Virus record (IMG/VR): IMGVR_UViG_3300032053_000019
Span: 1 to 64,000 of that record
Reading direction: 5' to 3' (one strand)
Length of the DNA stretch: 64,000 nt
DNA from: a virus
The position numbers and the translations under genes were made by a program. Of the stretch, positions 28,906 to 38,603 are shown piece by piece. The notes beneath the pieces were generated by a model, which saw only the letters and a list, made by a program, of their open reading frames with translations, ran no database searches and had not been told where the DNA came from. The number at the start of each line of letters is the position of its first letter. Position 1 is the first letter of the stretch.

Positions 28906-29961
28906 ATGATCAACGAAGAGAAAAAAGTCGAAGGGCAGACAGTGCAACTTAGCACAGTCAAGGCAGTGGCGGTCAATGAGATCGAGCGCACCAAGTCGCC
29001 TGGTCGATTTGGCCAGAAGGACGAATGGGGCTCTGAGTTCGAAGCCAGAGTTTCCATCAAGGTCGCTAACCTGGTGCAGGAGATCAGACTCCGATGGGAG
29101 ACGGACTTCAGCCAGCAAAGCGACAAGACTCTGATCAGTGGGCATGAACGCCCCAGGAAGGTTGTGATCAAGGGCGACGAAGGCCTCGTGAAGAATGCCG
29201 AGGCGTTCGGAATCTTGATCGACTGGTCCGATCTTTTCAATGCCTACCTCATCTTGGTGAACAAGTGGTTCGATGCAGATGAGATGGCGGCGAAGGTTGC
29301 CCGGGCGAAGGCGTTTGACTCCTCGTGGGTTCAGACGATGCTCCCCGCGTTCCAGGCCGTGAAGATCGAAGGCGTCAGTGTCGTGATCAGCATGACCAAG
29401 GATGAGTTCGTGAATACCAAGGAGCGGTATCGTGGCCTCGGCATCAAGGTCACCTACGGCAACCAGTCCATGCTGATCGAGAAGGACAACAAGGGCTTTA
29501 GCACGGACATCGACTGCAAGTGCTATCGTGCGTCGAAGCCGGAGACGTTCCTCAAGAAGCTAAAAGAGGTCGTCGATGGTAACCTCCGGCATAAGACGCA
29601 GGAGAAGGAGTTGAAGGATCAACAGGCAACCCGCCTCAAGATCCTGCAGGCCCGCTTCGCACCGGCCGAGGTCAAGGAGACCTGGAGCAAAGACTATCAC
29701 AATACCTTCAGCCTTCAGCTCCCGGGCTCGTATAACTTCCTCAAGTTCCGTTACTGGGGTCCGGACAAGCAAGACAGCATCGTCCGGGAAGGATTCGCTC
29801 TGGACGGGCAGTCGGATGTCTCCTTGACCTTCGATGAGTTCAGCGCCATCCTTAACACCTTCGTCGGCGCCGCACTGAGGGAAGTGGCCGAGGAGAAGAA
29901 AAGCAAGGCGGAGCGGTTGGCCGAGAGTCAGGTTGCTCAGGCCGTTACCGAAAGCAAGTAA
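28906..29961 (+). CDS. Hypothetical early protein
   Basis: AGGAGG RBS directly downstream of P2. Confidence 0.7.
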   Translation: MINEEKKVEGQTVQLSTVKAVAVNEIERTKSPGRFGQKDEWGSEFEARVSIKVANLVQEIRLRWETDFSQQSDKTLISGHERPRKVVIKGDEGLVKNAEAFGILIDWSDLFNAYLILVNKWFDADEMAAKVARAKAFDSSWVQTMLPAFQAVKIEGVSVVISMTKDEFVNTKERYRGLGIKVTYGNQSMLIEKDNKGFSTDIDCKCYRASKPETFLKKLKEVVDGNLRHKTQEKELKDQQATRLKILQARFAPAEVKETWSKDYHNTFSLQLPGSYNFLKFRYWGPDKQDSIVREGFALDGQSDVSLTFDEFSAILNTFVGAALREVAEEKKSKAERLAESQVAQAVTESK

Positions 29962-29962
29962 C

Positions 29963-30199
29963 ATGACCACAAAAAAGCTTCTCGTGGATTTAGATGGTGC
30001 CGGCGGTTATACCTATGATGTAGCCTCCGAGATCGCCGATCGGATACTTACGGAGGTGGGTGGTAGACCTGCCGAGGGGGAAGAGGGGGTCGGGGTAGTG
30101 GTGGAGGTAGATGAGGAGATTGAGCAAGAGGTTCGTTCGGCGATCTCTTCAATCCTTCATTCTTACAAAGTCAGAACTAAAGTTAGGAGGATCTCATGA
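29963..30199 (+). CDS. Hypothetical protein
   Basis: ORF in operon. Confidence 0.45.
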   Translation: MTTKKLLVDLDGAGGYTYDVASEIADRILTEVGGRPAEGEEGVGVVVEVDEEIEQEVRSAISSILHSYKVRTKVRRIS

Positions 30200-30393
30200 G
30201 GACCTACTTCCTGTTCTACGTGCAGAAACAGAACGGTAACATCCGTCCTCAGATGGTTGACTGCGCCGAGACCACGAAGGCCGGACTTAGCGACTATCTT
30301 GAGCCAGGCGACACCATCGCAGAGGACCTGGGCACGATCAAAGTCGAAGGCAACAACGAGGGCATGCTAGGGACCTCGATGGTAGGAGACTGA
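30196..30393 (+). CDS. Hypothetical protein
   Basis: AGGAGG RBS. Confidence 0.5.
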   Translation: MRTYFLFYVQKQNGNIRPQMVDCAETTKAGLSDYLEPGDTIAEDLGTIKVEGNNEGMLGTSMVGD

Positions 30394-30395
30394 CC

Positions 30396-30581
30396 ATGAA
30401 CGAACTCATCAAGGCGGTCGAGATGCTCGGTGCTAAGGTCTTCAAGATGGAGTTCCCGTGCGGTGAGGGCCCGCAGTTCCGTGATCCGCAGTGCCAAGGA
30501 TGCCTGGACTTTTCCCAGTGCAAGGAACTCGTTGATCAGCAGAGGGACTTTGCCGATCTGATCAGCAAAGCGAAAGGATAA
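30396..30581 (+). CDS. Small Cys-containing protein
   Basis: C...CQGC...C; RBS. Confidence 0.45.
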   Translation: MNELIKAVEMLGAKVFKMEFPCGEGPQFRDPQCQGCLDFSQCKELVDQQRDFADLISKAKG

Positions 30582-30586
30582 CAATC

Positions 30587-30883
30587 ATGGACCCCATCAA
30601 CGACCTCATCTATGATGCCTCACTCAAGGAGGCATTCGTCAAGCAGTATCCGACGGCAAAGGTCGGAGACGACTTTGACGAAGTGCACGGGGCAAGGTTT
30701 ACAATAACTTTGCCTTCCGAGGTTACCCAACTCGAGTATTACAAGTTCCTGTTCTTAACTCCCGGAGCCTCTGGGTCGTCTCTTCATCTTGGTCTGGCTT
30801 TCGGTCTGAAGAAGAGGGAGGATGTTGAGATCATTAAGCAGGCCTTTGCCGAAGCGAAGGTCACTTTAAGGAAGGCGTCATGA
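30587..30883 (+). CDS. Hypothetical protein
   Basis: ORF in operon. Confidence 0.5.
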   Translation: MDPINDLIYDASLKEAFVKQYPTAKVGDDFDEVHGARFTITLPSEVTQLEYYKFLFLTPGASGSSLHLGLAFGLKKREDVEIIKQAFAEAKVTLRKAS

Positions 30884-31323
30884 TCATTGGTTTCACTGGA
30901 ACTCGCCAAGGCTTGAGTGCCTGGCAACGAATCCTACTTTTTAGTGAACTCAGGGCATATGCACGAGCGGACTTTGAGATCACCACTGGGTTCACTGCGG
31001 TGGGTGCTACTCCAGAGTTTCACCATGGTGGGTGTGTAGGTGCCGATGCTGAGGCACACCAGATGGCCAGGACCCTTGGTTATAGGATCGTGGTGCACTG
31101 GCCTGAGAACCGAAAGCATGAGGCCAACTTATCAGGCCCCTTTGTGTCGGCGGGACGCAAGCCCTACCTGATTCGTAATGAAGATATAGTTAAGGCTTGT
31201 GATCTATTGATCGCAACTCCTCTTACTGATAAGGAGCAGTTGAGATCAGGCACCTGGTCGACCATTCGTATGGCTCGTCGCCTTGGTAAAAGATGCTTGA
31301 TCATCAATAGGAATCAGTCATGA
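30880..31323 (+). CDS. SLOG/DprA-like Rossmannoid protein
   Basis: IGFTGTR, HGGCVGAD, RNEDIV..D.LIA, SGTW.T. Confidence 0.75.
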   Translation: MIIGFTGTRQGLSAWQRILLFSELRAYARADFEITTGFTAVGATPEFHHGGCVGADAEAHQMARTLGYRIVVHWPENRKHEANLSGPFVSAGRKPYLIRNEDIVKACDLLIATPLTDKEQLRSGTWSTIRMARRLGKRCLIINRNQS

Positions 31324-32168
31324 ATTTTTCAGAGATGGATAGCAAGGAGAGGAAAGAAAAACTTCAGGAGAAGTTAACAGAACTCTCCTCACAATTGATC
31401 CTCAATCCTAAAAAGATTAAGGAACTATCCCAGCGGTGGCAGGCGGGATTCCATCGGTACTCGTGGAATAATATCATTCTTATTTGGATGCAGAAACCTA
31501 GCGCAACTTTGTGTGCTGGTTTTAAGACATGGCGCACTCATAAACGTTACGTCCGAAAAGGTGAGCATGCGATTTGGATCTTAGGCCCCTATATTAAAAC
31601 GGGAGAGTTCAAGACTCGCAATCCCATCACTGGTCAGACCACGATGGAAGAGGATACTCGTATCGTCGGATACTTCCCGGTGGCAACCTTTGATGTTTCC
31701 CAAACGGATGGTGAACCTCTGGACATCGGGGCGAACAAAGCCAAGTTTGTTGGTGAGTCACTTACACTTCAAGAGATCGCCTCCAAGTTTCCTGAGTTCC
31801 CTATGACGATCGTCGAGAGGCGAGAAGATGGTCGTGCATACGAGAACACGATCGAGGTCGCTAGGCGAGCGAATCCGGTTCAGATGATCTTCACCTACCT
31901 GCATGAGTTGGCACATATCCTCCTTGAGCACACGGATAAGGCTAAGGCATCCAAGATCCCACATGACATAGCCGAACTCGAGGCGGAGGCGACTGCGTAT
32001 GTGGTGGGCTCCTGCTTCGGCATTGAGTCAGAGGATGCAGTCCATTACATCATGAGTTGGAACGGTAACAAGGAAAAGTTGGCGAACTCTGCGTTCGCTG
32101 TTTTCAAGACCGCCGACAAGATCCTTAGACGGTTCACTAAAAAGAAAGAGGAGGAAGAAAGTGAGTGA
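31320..32168 (+). CDS. ArdC-like ssDNA-binding domain plus zincin (MPTase)
   Basis: FHRYSWNN..LI..Q, GF..W, V.KGE, FDVSQT.G, HELAH, ELEAE. Confidence 0.8.
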   Translation: MNFSEMDSKERKEKLQEKLTELSSQLILNPKKIKELSQRWQAGFHRYSWNNIILIWMQKPSATLCAGFKTWRTHKRYVRKGEHAIWILGPYIKTGEFKTRNPITGQTTMEEDTRIVGYFPVATFDVSQTDGEPLDIGANKAKFVGESLTLQEIASKFPEFPMTIVERREDGRAYENTIEVARRANPVQMIFTYLHELAHILLEHTDKAKASKIPHDIAELEAEATAYVVGSCFGIESEDAVHYIMSWNGNKEKLANSAFAVFKTADKILRRFTKKKEEEESE

Positions 32169-32358
32169 CGAAGGCATCAAGATTTTTGCTTCGGTCCTTA
32201 CCATCGCCCAGCAGGCTAGATATGAATTGATCAAGATGGGAACGGAAGATCCCATTGACAAGGAAGATATCCGACTGGGTCATCTCCTCGACGAGATGAA
32301 GGATTCGATCAAGGAGAAGTTTTACAAGATCACACTCGAGAGGAGTCACCATGGATAG
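32161..32358 (+). CDS. Hypothetical protein
   Basis: Overlapping ORF with RBS. Confidence 0.45.
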   Translation: MSDEGIKIFASVLTIAQQARYELIKMGTEDPIDKEDIRLGHLLDEMKDSIKEKFYKITLERSHHG

Positions 32359-32998
32359 GTTCACCGGTGCTATGAGCAAGATTATTCCTACGGGGACGAA
32401 GGGTGACTGGGTGATCAATCACTTCACCATGACCAAGGAGGAGGTTGAGCATGCGAAGATAATGGGAGCCATGCGACCCGGTGGTTGGGGAGAGGTTTGT
32501 GATCTCGAGCCAGGAAACTACTGCCGCCTGGTTTGGAAGGGCTACGAGTGTGTCATGTCAGATACGCCCATGGAACTACGTACTCAAGCCTCTCCAGTGA
32601 GGTATGCGACCGGGGACTGCCTGATTGGTGGCCTTGGTCTGGGTATCTTCATTCTTCAACTACAGGATAAGTCAGAGGTCAATAGCATACTGGTGCTAGA
32701 GAAAGAACAGGACGTTATTGATCTAGTAGCTACTCATCTCCCACTCACCTCTAAGGTGACGATAATCAAGGGGGACATCTTCGACAAGAAAGCCATTGAT
32801 CGGGCACGGCGCTTCGACTTCATCTACTTCGACATCTGGGCGAATGTCTGCAGTGACAATGCCTATGAGGTCGGGCGGCTGAAGCGGAGTTACCGGCCCT
32901 TACTTCGCAAAGACAATCCAGCGTCCTGGATCGGTGCCTGGCGTGAAGATGACTTCGCCTACCAGCGGCGCCAGGATCGAAGCCGGAGCTGGTACTAA
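32351..32998 (+). CDS. Spermidine synthase-like SAM methyltransferase fold
   Basis: LIGGLGLG, VLEKE.DV, GDI, FDFIYFDIW. Confidence 0.7.
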   Translation: MDRFTGAMSKIIPTGTKGDWVINHFTMTKEEVEHAKIMGAMRPGGWGEVCDLEPGNYCRLVWKGYECVMSDTPMELRTQASPVRYATGDCLIGGLGLGIFILQLQDKSEVNSILVLEKEQDVIDLVATHLPLTSKVTIIKGDIFDKKAIDRARRFDFIYFDIWANVCSDNAYEVGRLKRSYRPLLRKDNPASWIGAWREDDFAYQRRQDRSRSWY

Positions 32999-33007
32999 GG
33001 AGCACAG

Positions 33008-33472
33008 ATGAAACGAATCAAGTATCGTATCTTCGCCGCAGGTAGGTTCAGTTACTGGGGGTTTACCTACCTACCAGTGGACTCACCGTTCCTGTCCTTC
33101 GCCTCGGTCGCCTCACATGGTGGTGAGCCTCTCACGATGGAAGAAGCGCAGGAGCGCAGTGAGAGGTTCCTATTCCTGGACAAGAACGGCACCGAGGTCT
33201 ACGAGGGAGACATCGTTGAAAAGATCCGACCGAACGGGCTCTGGTGTGTCTACGAGAAGTGGCGTGGAGTAGTTGCCTTTCGTCATGGTGAGCACCTTCT
33301 CCGTGCCTTCTACATTGAGTGGGCTACAAAGGAGGGGGAGAAGAATAAGGGGGAGACTAATCTTGATCTTAACCTTGATCAGGAGTCAATCTACACCTAT
33401 GAAGTCATAGGCAACATTCACGAAAACTCAGAAATGATGAAGGAGGCAATTGATCATGGTTGGACTTATTAA
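33008..33472 (+). CDS. YopX family protein
   Basis: IKYR...DKNGTEVYEGDIV...EVIGNIHEN. Confidence 0.85.
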   Translation: MKRIKYRIFAAGRFSYWGFTYLPVDSPFLSFASVASHGGEPLTMEEAQERSERFLFLDKNGTEVYEGDIVEKIRPNGLWCVYEKWRGVVAFRHGEHLLRAFYIEWATKEGEKNKGETNLDLNLDQESIYTYEVIGNIHENSEMMKEAIDHGWTY

Positions 33473-33755
33473 GATCATCTGCCTACTCATCTTTCTCCTA
33501 GGGAGTCTTGGTGACTCAATCAGTACCTACATCTGTGCAAAACGTTTTGGCATTCAGGGAGAACGTAATCCCATCATCCGAGGCTTGATGGACACGATAG
33601 GAATACTGCCTTCAATGATCATCAAGTTCCTCCTACTCGGCATCCTTGGAGTAGCAGTCTACACAAAACCTTTCGCGTGGGTTAACCTTCTACTTGGGGT
33701 GGCCTACATGATCGCGACAGTCCACAATCTTCATCAGGTAAAGGAGAAAACATGA
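33456..33755 (+). CDS. Membrane protein (DUF5658-like)
   Basis: D..STY...ERNPI motif, three TM segments. Confidence 0.6.
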   Translation: MVGLIKIICLLIFLLGSLGDSISTYICAKRFGIQGERNPIIRGLMDTIGILPSMIIKFLLLGILGVAVYTKPFAWVNLLLGVAYMIATVHNLHQVKEKT

Positions 33756-34102
33756 AAACACAAAACGAGGCCCTAGTGGCAGGCAAAAAACTCGTCAAGA
33801 TTCTTGGCCCCGGTTGGGGTTATCGAGTCTGGGAAAATCTCGGCTGGTGGTTTGAGGCCAGGTACGGAAAAGGAGAACTCTCCGTCCATGAGAGTGAGGG
33901 AAAATTTTACTGCATGCTTAGCGAAATTCCTGGAGTTGGGAACCCAGGATGGTATTGCGATAAATCTTTCAGAGACCCAAGGAAGGCCGTCCGAGAGACC
34001 GTGCGCGTAGCCAGGGAAAGACTCGAAAAGAAAATCGAACTTGTTCGTATCGCCCAAAAGGGCATGTATGCCCTGACCATCACGAAAAAGGATAAGGAAT
34101 AA
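33752..34102 (+). CDS. Hypothetical protein
   Basis: Coupled ORF; VWENLGW. Confidence 0.5.
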   Translation: MKTQNEALVAGKKLVKILGPGWGYRVWENLGWWFEARYGKGELSVHESEGKFYCMLSEIPGVGNPGWYCDKSFRDPRKAVRETVRVARERLEKKIELVRIAQKGMYALTITKKDKE

Positions 34103-34312
34103 ATGGCTACCAAGTACCGTAGAAAAAGGATGTGGGCGGTTCGTAATCCTTATAATAGGATCCTTGTTATTGCTCCAGACTCCACTCGTGCATGGTGGCA
34201 TGCCGCTGAGGAGACTGGCTACTTTGGTCGATGCAATTATATAGACGTAATGAAGCGGGATGGATTCAAACTCACCGCAATTTATATTCGAGTTAAGGAG
34301 AAAAGAATATGA
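34103..34312 (+). CDS. Hypothetical protein
   Basis: AAGGA RBS. Confidence 0.45.
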   Translation: MATKYRRKRMWAVRNPYNRILVIAPDSTRAWWHAAEETGYFGRCNYIDVMKRDGFKLTAIYIRVKEKRI

Positions 34313-35289
34313 AAAAAGCATTAGTTTGTGGAGCCGGTGGTTTCATCGGCAGTCATCTGGTCAAGAGATTGAAGGACGAAGGATACTCGGTCCGGGGAGT
34401 TGATCTGAAGCATCCGGAGTTCTCTCCGACGAAGGCGGACCACTTCGTAGTCGGTGATCTTCGCAGTCCAGCGATCTGCGAGAAGGTCACGAAGTATACG
34501 GAGTTCGACGAAGTGTATCAGTTGGCCGCTGACATGGGCGGTGCAGGATTCGTCTTCACCGGGGCAAACGACGCAGACATTCTGCACAACAACGCGTTGA
34601 TCAATCTCAACATGCTAGAGATCACGAGGAAGGCAGGCATTGGGAAGATTTTCTTTTCCTCGTCCGCCTGCATCTACCCCGAGTATAACCAGACAGATCC
34701 GGACAATCCGAAGTGCAACGAAGAGTCTGCTTATCCTGCGGCACCGGACAGTGACTATGGATTCGAGAAACTCTTCTCCGAGCGCCTCTACCTGGCCTAC
34801 CACAGGAACCACAAGATGGAGGTTCGGATCGCTCGCTACCATAATATATTCGGACCCGAAGGAACATGGCAGGGCGGGCGGGAGAAGGCGCCTGCGGCAT
34901 TCTGTAGGAAGATTGCAATGGCTGATGAAGTCGGGACGATCGAGATGTGGGGGTCTGGCAAGCAGACCAGGTCCTTCCTCTACATTGATGACTGCATTGA
35001 TGCCACTCGTCGCCTCATGGAATCCGACTTCATGGGTCCCGTCAACATCGGCTCGGAGGAGATGGTTACGATCAGCCAACTCGCTGGCATGATCGCCGAG
35101 ATCGCAAACAAGTCAGGCATCAATCTCAAGAGTATTCCTGGTCCACTTGGAGTGAACGGACGAAACTCTGACAATGAACTGATCGAGGAGAAGTTGAACT
35201 GGCATCCCTTGTATACTTTGTATGCCGGGTTGGTTCCGACCTACCGTTGGATAGCGGAGCAGGTTCGGCAAGAGGCACTAAAAAAATAG
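34309..35289 (+). CDS. NAD-dependent epimerase (GDP-mannose 3',5'-epimerase-like)
   Basis: GAGGFIG, LAADMGG.GF, SSACIYP, YGFEK, GGREKAPAAFCRK, GRNSDN. Confidence 0.9.
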   Translation: MKKALVCGAGGFIGSHLVKRLKDEGYSVRGVDLKHPEFSPTKADHFVVGDLRSPAICEKVTKYTEFDEVYQLAADMGGAGFVFTGANDADILHNNALINLNMLEITRKAGIGKIFFSSSACIYPEYNQTDPDNPKCNEESAYPAAPDSDYGFEKLFSERLYLAYHRNHKMEVRIARYHNIFGPEGTWQGGREKAPAAFCRKIAMADEVGTIEMWGSGKQTRSFLYIDDCIDATRRLMESDFMGPVNIGSEEMVTISQLAGMIAEIANKSGINLKSIPGPLGVNGRNSDNELIEEKLNWHPLYTLYAGLVPTYRWIAEQVRQEALKK

Positions 35290-35297
35290 GAGGCAAT

Positions 35298-35489
35298 ATG
35301 CTTTATGAGATCACGGACGGTAAGAAAAAGAAGTGGATTGAGGAGGTGCCCATGCACCTTCTCCGCCTCTCCCGTTGGAAAAAGATCGGTATCTTTTTCA
35401 GATTCATTATCGGACTAAAGGGGTACGTTGCAGTGCAGACGACCAAGGGCCTGCGCTGGTTCCGCCCCATCCGAAGGAAGAAGAAATGA
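35298..35489 (+). CDS. Hypothetical protein
   Basis: AGGAGG RBS. Confidence 0.45.
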   Translation: MLYEITDGKKKKWIEEVPMHLLRLSRWKKIGIFFRFIIGLKGYVAVQTTKGLRWFRPIRRKKK

Positions 35490-35740
35490 AACTTACCAAG
35501 ACCTGGGCACTCCGAACTTTGATCACCTATGCCGCAAAGTGGGCGGCGGGGTGTGGAGTTGGACTTCGTGAAACCCTCACTGAGGAAGATAGGAAAAAGA
35601 TAGCGGTTGCAGTATTGCTTCTATACAAGGACGCTTATCGAAGGGATCCATGCCCCAGTGATCTATTCAATCTTGGCCTTTCTTCATGTGAGGAGTTTCT
35701 AGTTGGGGCAATAAAGGAACTGCGGGAAAAGGAGAAATGA
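35486..35740 (+). CDS. Hypothetical protein
   Basis: Coupled ORF. Confidence 0.45.
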   Translation: MKLTKTWALRTLITYAAKWAAGCGVGLRETLTEEDRKKIAVAVLLLYKDAYRRDPCPSDLFNLGLSSCEEFLVGAIKELREKEK

Positions 35741-36225
35741 TCATGGGACGTAAAAGAAAGTGGGGCGTTCAGGAAGTAACTGAGACAGTTGCGGTTGCAA
35801 CAACTAGTGCCTTTAGTTGGATAGATAAACTTCGTCAAGAGATGAAGGAGTGGCGAGACCGTATGACCAAAAAGTTTCCTGTCGATGATCCTCGTTATCA
35901 TAATGTGAAGTGGATTCATCAGGTTTTGGAACACGAGTATGACAATCTTCGCATGCTATCCTTTGACCATCTATCCCGGAGACTCAAAGAAAAGGAAATA
36001 ACTTTTTCTGAAAATCGAAAGGCGGCACCGTCAAGACGGCAACAAGTACTTTATGCTGTTACTCGTTTGCAGAATGTCTTGCTGATGATCAAAAAGGACC
36101 GACAGGAAAAGCCAGTTAACTTTGAGGGACTTGATCGAGCGACAGAATGGATATTGAATGAACTCCCAAAAAGCATTCGTGCCTTGGATTCCATCGACTT
36201 TCCTAGGCGCTTTGAGGGAATATGA
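35737..36225 (+). CDS. Hypothetical protein
   Basis: Coupled ORF with RBS. Confidence 0.5.
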   Translation: MIMGRKRKWGVQEVTETVAVATTSAFSWIDKLRQEMKEWRDRMTKKFPVDDPRYHNVKWIHQVLEHEYDNLRMLSFDHLSRRLKEKEITFSENRKAAPSRRQQVLYAVTRLQNVLLMIKKDRQEKPVNFEGLDRATEWILNELPKSIRALDSIDFPRRFEGI

Positions 36226-36315
36226 GATTCATCGAAAAAAAATATTTTCAGATTTTCTATTCGTTTGGTATTAATAAGATAGAAAATGAAAAACCTCGTT
36301 TTTGAGTATACGGTA

Positions 36316-36344
36316 TTGACACTTAGAAAACAATGCTATATAAT
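36316..36344 (+). promoter_or_regulatory. Sigma70-type early promoter P3
   Basis: TTGACA-17 bp-TATAAT; TTGACACTTAGAAAAC is identical to P1. Confidence 0.9.
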
Positions 36345-36382
36345 AATGATGAGAATGAATGATTGCTCAGAGGAGGCAAAGT

Positions 36383-36823
36383 ATGAGCATCGTAGACAAT
36401 GAGTTCGAAGCGGTACTTGATGAGTACCTCTTCAAAAACTCAGGCGATCATTGGATCGCATCATTCGGATCGGATCTCCATCTCATCGTCAAAGTCGATG
36501 AGGTGAAGAAGGCAGTCATCCTTTTGAATGAGCGGTTCCAACTAACTGAGGTGATCAAGCACCCTCGGAGTAAGGACTTCGAGCGGCGCTTCTCCAACAA
36601 ACTCAACCGAATGAAGAACAAGATCACCAAACTTCTTCGGGCGGAAAAGAAAGCGAAGCACATTGAGGCCAGACAGATCGTGTTGAGTACGAAGTATCAA
36701 AGCAACACTGAACGTTGTTCCCGGTGCAACCATACCTTCCCGTACGATGAGTTGACGATTGATCATAGTCGTACAGCGCAGTTGATCTGCGAACCATGTT
36801 ATGCCAAGGAGTATAAGAAGTGA
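36383..36823 (+). CDS. Hypothetical protein with C-terminal Zn finger
   Basis: CSRC...CEPC; AGGAGG RBS. Confidence 0.55.
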   Translation: MSIVDNEFEAVLDEYLFKNSGDHWIASFGSDLHLIVKVDEVKKAVILLNERFQLTEVIKHPRSKDFERRFSNKLNRMKNKITKLLRAEKKAKHIEARQIVLSTKYQSNTERCSRCNHTFPYDELTIDHSRTAQLICEPCYAKEYKK

Positions 36824-37329
36824 TCGTCCACAACGCTACCAGGATTCCCACCAAGATCCTATTGCCTGTCCTCCGAGCCGCCAAGACGGCAGTGGGATCA
36901 GTACCTACCAAAGTGGCCGTACTGATCAAGTGGGGCGCTCACGTTCACGGACTTGCCAATGACTATTCCATGGTGCGTGAGAACGTGATGGGCAAAAAGT
37001 GGGACGAGACAAAGCCACACAAGTATATTCCGTGTCAGGGCTTCATCACTCTCTACCTTCCTTATGACTGGGATCCATTGTTTACAGCACGCAGTTTCTT
37101 TTCTACAGCGTCTCATGAGTTCAAGCATGTTAAGGACTTCAAGGAGCATAAGTACTTTGGTAAATACAATCGTAACTGGAGGAACCGCCCTCATGAGAAA
37201 CGAGCGATCCGAACTGCCAAGGGGGTCATGGCCAAGTTTGATCAAGGCCGCCGGCCTGACTGGCAAGATGCGGTGATCAATTTGGGAATAGCATTAGAAG
37301 AGTTGCAAAAAATAAGGAGGCAACCATGA
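36820..37329 (+). CDS. Putative zincin-like protein
   Basis: HEFKH...PHE motif. Confidence 0.5.
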   Translation: MIVHNATRIPTKILLPVLRAAKTAVGSVPTKVAVLIKWGAHVHGLANDYSMVRENVMGKKWDETKPHKYIPCQGFITLYLPYDWDPLFTARSFFSTASHEFKHVKDFKEHKYFGKYNRNWRNRPHEKRAIRTAKGVMAKFDQGRRPDWQDAVINLGIALEELQKIRRQP

Positions 37330-37613
37330 TCATTGAACTTCGTAAGACGTACAGGATCAAAGGAAACTCGTCGTACTTCAAGGAGAAGTACGCGACTTCC
37401 AATCCTTTGATCATCATTGAGGGACCAGCCGAAACCGTCTTCGGCAGTGGTATACATCTGGCCTCAATGAGTGGCAACTGGGCCGCCCGCCTCTTCCTGG
37501 AGCGGGTGGTGGCCGAAGATCCCCCAGGCAAGACAGCCTACTACGGTCACGAGGTGGTTACGGGCCTGGGGGAGTGCGTGTTCGATGAGGAACTAGAGGA
37601 GGTGACTCAGTGA
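37326..37613 (+). CDS. Hypothetical protein
   Basis: AGGAGG RBS. Confidence 0.5.
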   Translation: MIIELRKTYRIKGNSSYFKEKYATSNPLIIIEGPAETVFGSGIHLASMSGNWAARLFLERVVAEDPPGKTAYYGHEVVTGLGECVFDEELEEVTQ

Positions 37614-37912
37614 GAACCTGGAAGAAAAAGTTTCAGCAGTATTGCTGGGATCTGATCATCTATCGGATCTATCGGGAGGGACTCAAGTTCAAAGCAGACA
37701 ATGTAAAGAAGGTAGCATCGAAGGTTAGTCTGACCACCGGCTACCTGCACATGATCATTCGTTCCGGACGAGATGGATTCAAGCCAGATTGCTCTACTAT
37801 CCATCAGATTCTGGAGAAGTATGATCCTGTCGAAGATACAAGGTTCATGTTCCATCCGAAAAACATCTGGTCCCGAACCAGAGCACGGAAGGAAGGAGCT
37901 GGGCTCAGATGA
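37610..37912 (+). CDS. Hypothetical protein
   Basis: Coupled ORF with RBS. Confidence 0.45.
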   Translation: MRTWKKKFQQYCWDLIIYRIYREGLKFKADNVKKVASKVSLTTGYLHMIIRSGRDGFKPDCSTIHQILEKYDPVEDTRFMFHPKNIWSRTRARKEGAGLR

Positions 37913-38301
37913 AAACCATCCCGATCAGTAAGTTCGGAAAGGACCACTGGTCACTCCTGGCCTACATCGGGTGCCGGTGCGTGGACAATGAAGGCACCTT
38001 GAACAAGGAGCATCTTCGGGTCAATATCAAGACCCATCCTCAGCACAGTCACCGGGGAACCCAGAATTTCCTTGATGTGTTTCCCTATCCCACACGTCTT
38101 GCTGAAGGAAAGATCGCCGCTAAGGGGCATGACGATTGGGATTGCTTGGACGATCTCGAGAAGGCTGGCTTGATCAAGCTACATGGTACGGGACTCAATC
38201 CCGTTTATGCCATGACAGTCAAGGGGTGGGAGGTGGATAGTCAGATCCGCCAATTCAAAGCCACCGGTGGTACCTTCGCGACCTTCAAGTATGAGGAGTG
38301 A
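37909..38301 (+). CDS. Hypothetical protein
   Basis: FGKDHWS...HDDWDCL. Confidence 0.55.
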   Translation: MKTIPISKFGKDHWSLLAYIGCRCVDNEGTLNKEHLRVNIKTHPQHSHRGTQNFLDVFPYPTRLAEGKIAAKGHDDWDCLDDLEKAGLIKLHGTGLNPVYAMTVKGWEVDSQIRQFKATGGTFATFKYEE

Positions 38302-38507
38302 TCATGCTCCCCGTTGATCAATTAGGCGGACTGGCCGGGATCCCACAAGGGTCACGATGGGAGTTCCTGGGCGATCTCAAGACTCGGCAGATGAGCTATC
38401 CTATACATCCTCTCTGCCGCGCCTGCGCCAGCGACTGCAAGGTTCACGACGCCAAGGGGCTGATCGTGTTCGTCTGCCATGCCTTTAAGAAACCTAACCA
38501 TAGATAA
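38298..38507 (+). CDS. Small Cys-containing protein
   Basis: CRAC..DCK...C. Confidence 0.4.
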   Translation: MIMLPVDQLGGLAGIPQGSRWEFLGDLKTRQMSYPIHPLCRACASDCKVHDAKGLIVFVCHAFKKPNHR

Positions 38508-38510
38508 AGG

Positions 38511-38584
38511 GGAATGGTGGAGAAGTGACAAAGGCAAAGACATCCGAAAGGATAATCAACTCATCATCACCAATCCACCATTCC
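38511..38584 (+). ncRNA. Guide-like stem-loop unit 0 (orphan)
   Basis: ggaatggtgga/tccaccattcc stem; CA aaggcaaaga CA tccgaaagga TA atcaactcat CA; followed by a T tract. Confidence 0.75.
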
Positions 38585-38603
38585 TATTTTTTAAAGAAAT
38601 CTC

